Assembly: GCA_016699595.1 (NCBI GenBank)
Contig: CP064982.1
Coordinates: 276,563-340,562, forward strand
DNA length: 64,000 nucleotides
Reading direction: 5' to 3'
Source: a bacterium
GTDB lineage: Bacteria > Patescibacteriota > Dojkabacteria > GCA-016699595
This document shows, in pieces, positions 58,380 through 64,000 of this stretch; within the stretch, counting starts at the first letter, position 1, and every line of letters begins with the position of its first letter. A program made the translations under genes and the position numbers. The notes below the pieces were generated by a model that saw only the letters and a list, made by a program, of their open reading frames with translations, made no database searches and had not been told where the DNA came from.

Positions 58380-58740
58380 AGCAAAGATAAAAACAATCAA
58401 GTTTTCAATACTTTCTAGCAGAATACTTAGTGCGATTATTTTTTTTAATGCAATTTTGACTTTTCTAGTTAACAAAGAGAAGTACTTATCTTCACTTAGT
58501 TTTGAAAATTACAATGAATTATTTTTTGTAACTGGTCAATTTATTCAAGTAGTTGTATCTATTACTGTTCTTCTTAGCTATTCATGGATTTCAGAATGGT
58601 TTTTGAAAATTGTAGAAGATGAACTTCATAGTTTCAAAGTAACTTATAGCGATAGTCCAAAGCGAAGTTCTTATACAGATAAAACAAGTCAAAATAAATT
58701 ATTTAAAAAAGGATTCAAGAAACACTCCAAAGTCAATTGA
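58369..58740 (+). CDS. Small membrane protein, hypothetical.
   Basis: 123-aa ORF with two hydrophobic helices. Overlaps the upstream gene's stop by 11 nt. Confidence 0.35.
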   Translation: MKNKAKIKTIKFSILSSRILSAIIFFNAILTFLVNKEKYLSSLSFENYNELFFVTGQFIQVVVSITVLLSYSWISEWFLKIVEDELHSFKVTYSDSPKRSSYTDKTSQNKLFKKGFKKHSKVN

Positions 58741-58841
58741 AAGCAACCTACCTAAATTTTTATTTGTAATAATTGAACTTGACAAGTTTATTATACTATT
58801 TGAAATTAGCACAATTATTTTTTACCTAAATTCTAATACAA

Positions 58842-59567
58842 ATGGCATTAGCACTATTTTCAATAACAACTATTAGCTTTACTTCGTTTCTTATACTTAT
58901 AATCCTATCAAGGAAAAAGTTATTTGCCAGAAACCTAAATCTGATATTGGCACTAGCATCTGGAGCATTACTTGGAGAAGTATTTTTACATATTATTCCA
59001 GAATTCAGCAGTTTATCATCTGAGATATTTTCAACTATTATTCTTTTATCTGTTTTTTCAAACTACTTTGTAGAAATTATTTTGAATGTAAGACATTGCC
59101 ATAATTTAGAACATCATCATGAAGCAGAAACAACAAAGAGTTCATTGCGTTTCCGTTTGATAATTTCTGATATTGTTCACAATCTTTTGGATGGATTTAC
59201 TTTATTTGCAAGTTTCATAATATCAACTGAACTCGGTATTGCTACAACATTAGCAATATTACTTCATGAGATACCAAAAGAAATTAGCTCTTTTGCTATG
59301 CTTATTGAAGCAGGCTTTACAAAAACTAAAGCAATAAAGATAAACCTACTAACAGCTATTGCTGGTATAGTAGGGGTAGTTGTTTCTAACTATGCAAACT
59401 TGTCAGATTATTCAGAGTATTTGCTAGCATTTGTAGCAGGTAATTTTCTTTATATTGCTATGACAGATATACTTCCTGAGTTACATTTGACCGAGTCAAA
59501 AAAATCAGGCTTACTGAAGCTTCTTGCTTTTAGTGTTGGAGTAGCAATCATGTGGCTTATGAAGTGA
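58842..59567 (+). CDS. zupT: ZIP-family divalent metal (zinc) transporter, ZupT-like.
   Basis: 'HNLLDGFTLFASF' and 'LHEIPKEISSFAML' (the HEIPQE…FA motif of the ZIP family), with a roughly eight-TM pattern. Confidence 0.8.
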   Translation: MALALFSITTISFTSFLILIILSRKKLFARNLNLILALASGALLGEVFLHIIPEFSSLSSEIFSTIILLSVFSNYFVEIILNVRHCHNLEHHHEAETTKSSLRFRLIISDIVHNLLDGFTLFASFIISTELGIATTLAILLHEIPKEISSFAMLIEAGFTKTKAIKINLLTAIAGIVGVVVSNYANLSDYSEYLLAFVAGNFLYIAMTDILPELHLTESKKSGLLKLLAFSVGVAIMWLMK

Positions 59568-59644
59568 TAGTTTTAAGTTGCTAAAGCATAGGGAAGTAAT
59601 TTACATTATTTTCAAATCATTTGTATTTTTGATAGAATAAAAAT

Positions 59645-60709
59645 ATGAACATACAAAAGAATGTAAACTTACAACCTTATCTTACTTTACAAACAATCGC
59701 ATATGCTGACTATTTTTCTACATTTCAAAACATCAGCGAACTTATTGAACTTCTAAATTTTGCAAAATCACAGGATTTGCAGGTTTTCTTTCTTGGTGAA
59801 GGTGCCAATACATTTTGTAAATCAAACTTTCAAGGTATTGTTTTGAAAAACGACACAAAAGGAGTGAGCATTATTCGTGAAACAAATGAATACATATACT
59901 TCCAAGTTGCATCTGGTGAGAACTGGCATGACTTTGTGATGCATACAGTTAGTAAAAATCTTTTTGGATTGGAAAACTTAGCTTTTATTCCCGGAAGTAT
60001 TGGTGCTTCGCCAATTCAAAACATAAATGCATATGGATTTCAAATGAGTGATATATGTACAGATGTTCAAGTGCTAGACCTTGAAACATTTGAAGAATCA
60101 ACATTAGAAAATGAAGATTGTAAATTTAAATATAGAAGTAGTATTTTCAAAAATGAAGCAAGAAATAAGTACTTTATTGCTTCTGTAACTTTCAAACTTT
60201 CAAAGATAAATCATATAAATATTGATTATGGCAATACATATGGTTCAGTCAAGCAGGTATTGCTTGAAGCTGGAAAAGACTTATCTAAATTGACATCTCT
60301 AGATATTGCAGAATCAATAATTCGATTGAGAACAAAAAAACTACCTGATTTGAATCTCACTCCTAATGCCGGCTCTATATTTGTAAATGTCTTTTGTGAT
60401 AAAAACGAGAAGGAACGAATAGAGACTATAGAAGCCAAGCTTAGAGAAGAAAATCCTTCACTATCTAAGTGTGAATTTTATACTGAAAATGATAATTTAT
60501 ATAAAATTCCAGCGGGTTGGTTGGTTGAAGCTGCTGGATACAAAGGGAAATGGTTTGGCAATGTAGGTGTATCAGAAAAACATGCATTGATTTTAGTTAC
60601 GAATGGCAAGGCCACTGGTCTCGAACTTTATGATTTAGTAGAAAAGATTCAGAATAGCGTTTACGAAATGTTTGGAATCAGACTGGAGGCAGAACAAAAT
60701 ATTATTTAA
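59645..60709 (+). CDS. murB: UDP-N-acetylenolpyruvoylglucosamine reductase MurB.
   Basis: FAD-binding N-terminal region '…FFLGEGANTF…' and C-terminal 'AGWLVEAAGYKGKWFGNVGVSEKHALILVTNGKATG' (compare MurB A.WLIE.AG.KG…G.A.VS.KHAN.IVN.G.AT). Confidence 0.85.
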   Translation: MNIQKNVNLQPYLTLQTIAYADYFSTFQNISELIELLNFAKSQDLQVFFLGEGANTFCKSNFQGIVLKNDTKGVSIIRETNEYIYFQVASGENWHDFVMHTVSKNLFGLENLAFIPGSIGASPIQNINAYGFQMSDICTDVQVLDLETFEESTLENEDCKFKYRSSIFKNEARNKYFIASVTFKLSKINHINIDYGNTYGSVKQVLLEAGKDLSKLTSLDIAESIIRLRTKKLPDLNLTPNAGSIFVNVFCDKNEKERIETIEAKLREENPSLSKCEFYTENDNLYKIPAGWLVEAAGYKGKWFGNVGVSEKHALILVTNGKATGLELYDLVEKIQNSVYEMFGIRLEAEQNII

Positions 60710-60743
60710 ACTTGATCAATTCGCAGTAATTTAGAAGTAAAAT

Positions 60744-60977
60744 TCAAACTACTAGTGCGAAAAATAATGCATAACCAAGAATTAGCAAGACAAGAAATAC
60801 CAAACTTAATCCCAAACCATATTGCCTAAAGTTTTTTACACCAGTTTGATCAGAATAATCTTTGTGCATGACTTTATCAAGTAATAGTGATAATGCTACA
60901 ATTGTAAAGATAAGGGTAGCAACATAAAAAATTATTCTACCTAGATTGACGAGAGACATTTGTATTTCATTGGGCAT
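60744..60977 (-). CDS. Small two-TM membrane protein, hypothetical.
   Basis: 77-aa ORF made of two hydrophobic helices. Confidence 0.35.
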   Translation of the reverse strand: MPNEIQMSLVNLGRIIFYVATLIFTIVALSLLLDKVMHKDYSDQTGVKNFRQYGLGLSLVFLVLLILGYALFFALVV

Positions 60978-61028
60978 ATTGTATGATATAAAACACGAGA
61001 TATTATTTCAATTGAAATTCCTAAATTC

Positions 61029-62120
61029 ATGAAGTTTTACAAAAAAATCTTAAAACCAATTTTATTTAAATTTCATCCAGATTATGTTCACATTGTTATT
61101 GTGAAATTAGGCAAAATTTTAGGACACTGGGCTCTTGGAAGGATGATTTTAAGAAAGTTTTTTTTCTATGAAAATAAACGATTAACTCAAAATATTTTTG
61201 GGTATGAATTCAAAAATCCGATTGGTATAGGTGGTGGGTTTGATAAAAATGCTGATTTGATAAAAACTTTGCCTGCATGCGGATTTGGCTTTGTAGAAAT
61301 TGGATCAGTAACTGCTAGAGCTTATAAAGGTAATAAAAGACCATGGAGCGTCAGATTGCCAGAAGACCAAAGTTTAATAGTAAATTATGGTTTAAAGAAT
61401 ATCGGCGCAGATAAAATTGCGCAAAAAATTAGAAATAACGGAAGATCAGTTCCACTTATCATCAATATAGCGAAAACCAATGATATTACAATCAAAGGAA
61501 ACTACTCAATAGCAGATTATGTATACAGTTTTCAAAAGTTACAAGAAAAAGCAGATATCATAAATTTAAACATTAGCTGTCCTAATACTGGTGATGGAGT
61601 TTTGTTTTGTGAATCTCCTGAGTTATTAGATAAATTGTTTCTTGCATTATCTAAAATAGAAATCAGCAAACCAATATTACTAAAGTTAAAACCAGATATT
61701 GATGATAATACTTTATACAAAATTTGTGATTTGGCTGAAAAGTATTTATTTATCAAAGGTTTCATCATATCAAACCTTACAGTTCATCGAGAAAATCTGA
61801 TACATACAAGCCTAGGTTCAATTGAAAAATTTCGAGGTGGAATTTCAGGTACTCCAGTAAAGGATCTGTCAAATGATATGATAAGCAAAGTATACAAATA
61901 TACAAATGGAAAGTTTATAATTATTGGACTTGGTGGAGTATTTAATGCGAAAGATGCTTATGAGAAAATATCTTTAGGTGCAAATCTTGTTGAAATTGTA
62001 ACTGGGCTTATTTACGAAGGACCATCTGTTGTGAAATCTATAAATAAAGGCTTGATTGAACTACTGGAAGTAGATGGATTTACAAACATAGCAGATGCTA
62101 TTGGGTGCAAAAATAAATAA
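61029..62120 (+). CDS. pyrD: Dihydroorotate dehydrogenase, class 2 (quinone-dependent, membrane-associated).
   Basis: 'NPIGIGGGFDKNAD', 'GFGFVEIGSVT', 'NISCPNT', 'IGLGGV' and the N-terminal extension typical of class 2 DHODH. Confidence 0.9.
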   Translation: MKFYKKILKPILFKFHPDYVHIVIVKLGKILGHWALGRMILRKFFFYENKRLTQNIFGYEFKNPIGIGGGFDKNADLIKTLPACGFGFVEIGSVTARAYKGNKRPWSVRLPEDQSLIVNYGLKNIGADKIAQKIRNNGRSVPLIINIAKTNDITIKGNYSIADYVYSFQKLQEKADIINLNISCPNTGDGVLFCESPELLDKLFLALSKIEISKPILLKLKPDIDDNTLYKICDLAEKYLFIKGFIISNLTVHRENLIHTSLGSIEKFRGGISGTPVKDLSNDMISKVYKYTNGKFIIIGLGGVFNAKDAYEKISLGANLVEIVTGLIYEGPSVVKSINKGLIELLEVDGFTNIADAIGCKNK

Positions 62121-62162
62121 TACTTCATAGCAAATTCATTTCTTCAGATTATGATTTGATTT

Positions 62163-62927
62163 ATGAAACAAACCTCTATACTCAAGAACTTAAAAGCCCT
62201 ATATATAATACTATTTTTAATTATAACTTTGTTTATACTTACATTATTTGCCTTTTATAATATAGTGAGTAGGATCAGATTAGCAAACACTGGAAATGAA
62301 AATGAATCTTTAACCTTTGCAGAAGATTTATCTCAAATCGATCCGTCTGATTTAATTGACCAAACCCAAGACTTAGAAGTAGATACTACTCTTACATTAT
62401 CTAAGGAAGAAGTTGAAGACTTGCAATTGATGAGAGAAGAGGAAAAATTGGCACATGATGTATATCTGAGTTTGTATGAAAGATGGAATATACAGATTTT
62501 TCGTAACATTTCAGAAAGTGAGCAAAAACATACAGATTCAGTAGCTAGATTATTGTCAAAGTATAATCTCTTCGATCCAGCCTCAGATATTGCGGGTAAA
62601 TTTGTAAATCAAAACATTCAAAACTTATATACTGAACTAGTAAATAGGGCTGCAGTTTCAGCTAATGAGGCTTTGACTGTTGGTGCAATAATAGAAGATC
62701 TGGACATATCTGATCTTGAGAAAACAATAGGTAGAACAACAAATTCAGATATATCGTTAGTATACAATAACTTACAAAAAGGGTCAAGAAATCATTTGAG
62801 ATCCTTTGCATCTGCATTAAGTAGAAATGGTATAAACTATCAACCAAATTATATCTCAAATGAATTGTATTTAAATATAATTAGCACAGCACAAGAAAAA
62901 GGTAATATGACAAAGTATCGAAAATAA
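62163..62927 (+). CDS. DUF2202 (ferritin-like superfamily) protein with an N-terminal TM helix.
   Basis: 'LQLMREEEKLAHDVYLSLYERW' and the downstream helical pattern match the DUF2202 ferritin-like signature. Confidence 0.55.
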   Translation: MKQTSILKNLKALYIILFLIITLFILTLFAFYNIVSRIRLANTGNENESLTFAEDLSQIDPSDLIDQTQDLEVDTTLTLSKEEVEDLQLMREEEKLAHDVYLSLYERWNIQIFRNISESEQKHTDSVARLLSKYNLFDPASDIAGKFVNQNIQNLYTELVNRAAVSANEALTVGAIIEDLDISDLEKTIGRTTNSDISLVYNNLQKGSRNHLRSFASALSRNGINYQPNYISNELYLNIISTAQEKGNMTKYRK

Positions 62928-62951
62928 AATTTTTTTAGAATATATTTCATT

Positions 62952-63584
62952 ATGCTCAGAGTTTTACCCTACACACATCAACTTAAAGTACTTTATACTT
63001 TGATTCGTAATAAAGACACAAATAATAAAGACTTTGTCTTTTACTCAGACAGAATTATTAGATTGCTTGTTGAAGAGGGATTGAACTTGCTACCTGTGGT
63101 TGACAGAAAAATTGTAACTCCTACAGGGAGAATGTTTGAAGGATATGACTTTGCAGGTAAAGTATGTGCTGTTTCAATAGTAAGAGCTGGTGAATCTATG
63201 GAAAAAGCGATTCGAGAAGTGTGTCAAAGTATCACAATTGGAAAAGTACTTATACAACGCAATGAAGAGAATGCACAACCCGTGCTTTACTATTCAAAAC
63301 TTCCAAAAGATGTATCAGAACGACATGTGTTTTTACTTGATCCTATGCTTGCAACTGGAGGATCAGCCATAACAGCTATTAATTTGCTAAAAGATAATGG
63401 TGTTGACGAATCAAAAATAATATTTTTAAACTTAATTTCCTGTCCAGAAGGTTTGAAGAAAGTTGGAGATCAATTTCCAAACTTAGAAATTGTAACTGGC
63501 TTTGTGGATCAGGAACTAAATGCAAAATCATACATATTACCGGGACTTGGAGATTTCGGTGATAGATACTTTGGTACTGAATAG
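62952..63584 (+). CDS. upp: Uracil phosphoribosyltransferase.
   Basis: 'YSDRIIRLLVEEGL' and the PRPP-binding motif 'FLLDPMLATGGSA'. Confidence 0.9.
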   Translation: MLRVLPYTHQLKVLYTLIRNKDTNNKDFVFYSDRIIRLLVEEGLNLLPVVDRKIVTPTGRMFEGYDFAGKVCAVSIVRAGESMEKAIREVCQSITIGKVLIQRNEENAQPVLYYSKLPKDVSERHVFLLDPMLATGGSAITAINLLKDNGVDESKIIFLNLISCPEGLKKVGDQFPNLEIVTGFVDQELNAKSYILPGLGDFGDRYFGTE

Positions 63585-63604
63585 ATAAATTGATAAGTAA
63601 CGCA

Positions 63605-63640
63605 GTAAAAAAGGGGAGATTATTTCCTCCCCTTACTTTC
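63605..63640. terminator. Bidirectional intrinsic terminator between upp and the convergent surface-protein paralog.
   Basis: Hairpin 'aaggggag-attatttc-ctcccctt' flanked by an A-run (5') and T-rich sequence (3'). Confidence 0.6.
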
Positions 63641-63658
63641 ACTATATTTAATTTACTC

Positions 63659-64000
63659 TTAATTATTTTTCTCTACTATTTCTTCAAATGTTAGTGTTCT
63701 TGTAGCTCTATTTCTCAAAATATAAAGACTTGATCCTAGCATAACGAACATTCCTACAAGTCCTAAATATTTTATAAAGTTAGTAGTTGCTGTATTTGGA
63801 AGTGTTGTACTACCTGTAGTAGTTGTAGTAGATCTATTTACAGCGCTGCTTATCACATTTTCCTTAACACACGAGGCAGAACAAGCAACACTGTTTGATC
63901 CACCATTTAATCCATTACATGTCCATATAACACTACCTCCATTTTGTGGCAAAACTATATTTGAGCTACTAGGATTTCCAGTTGCACATAAAGTACCTGA
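63659..64000 (-). CDS. C-terminal part of a second Cys-rich surface protein, paralogous to 17816-20962, with an LPNTA-type sorting signal. The 5' end lies outside the window.
   Basis: '…QNGGSVIWTCNGLNGGSNSVACSASC' matches the duplicated module of the large surface protein. The C-terminus reads '…TTLPNTATTNFIKYLGLVGMFVMLGSSLYILRNRATR…' (LPXTA-like motif, hydrophobic helix, Arg-rich tail). Confidence 0.6.
   Translation of the reverse strand, partial: SGTLCATGNPSSSNIVLPQNGGSVIWTCNGLNGGSNSVACSASCVKENVISSAVNRSTTTTTGSTTLPNTATTNFIKYLGLVGMFVMLGSSLYILRNRATRTLTFEEIVEKNN

Noticed and set aside
1-64000. CRISPR arrays, rRNA genes, transposases/integrases, reverse transcriptase (DGR)
   Set aside because: No regularly spaced short repeats, no rRNA-like conserved stretches, and no ORFs with integrase, transposase or RT motifs were seen. 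The internal tandem repeats have in-frame coding explanations.
1-64000. Alternative genetic code (UGA=Gly, as in SR1/Gracilibacteria)
   Set aside because: Full-length conserved genes (mfd, lepA, topA) terminate at TGA and contain no in-frame TGA, so the standard code applies.

Overview
AT-rich (~30% GC) bacterial chromosomal segment, densely coding, with standard genetic code (TGA used as a stop). It looks like a reduced-genome Gram-positive-type or CPR/Patescibacteria-like organism; that attribution is inference only. Mostly housekeeping and cell-envelope genes, in order: partial acidic hypothetical protein, Fe/Mn superoxide dismutase, a short Mfd, FtsB-like, ParB-like, NUDIX, SpoIID/LytB protein, a membrane-anchored SbcC/SbcD-like (YhaN/YhaO-type) pair, a large PP2C-like/TM/beta-propeller protein, signal peptidase I, AI-2E transporter, sortase, a 1048-aa Cys-rich surface protein with DUF11 repeats, rplU-rpmA, class A PBP, two opposite-strand hypotheticals (one with near-identical 30-aa TPR-like repeats), topA, trxB, a second NUDIX, ECF sigma with a putative anti-sigma, yidD, a MurE-like ligase, a DUF853 HerA-like ATPase, pcrA/uvrD, murG, ftsW, DUF1858 protein, rnhA, lepA, rsmE, glyQS preceded by a T-box leader, a YeaQ/GlsB-family protein, LCP, cca, an ABC exporter, trpS with a leader terminator, tRNA-Gly(CCC), murA (Asp active-site variant) flanked by a 22-nt repeat of the tRNA 3' end, a MraY/WecA-type transferase, a ZIP transporter, murB, pyrD, a DUF2202 protein, upp, and a partial paralog of the surface protein. 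No CRISPR array, rRNA gene, integrase or transposase was seen. The most notable items are the glyQS T-box, the tRNA-Gly/murA repeat-flanked mini-segment, the sortase plus Cys-rich surface-protein paralogs with LPXTG-variant signals, the membrane-anchored SbcCD-like pair next to a pseudophosphatase-like sensor protein, and two small opposite-strand islands of uncharacterised genes.
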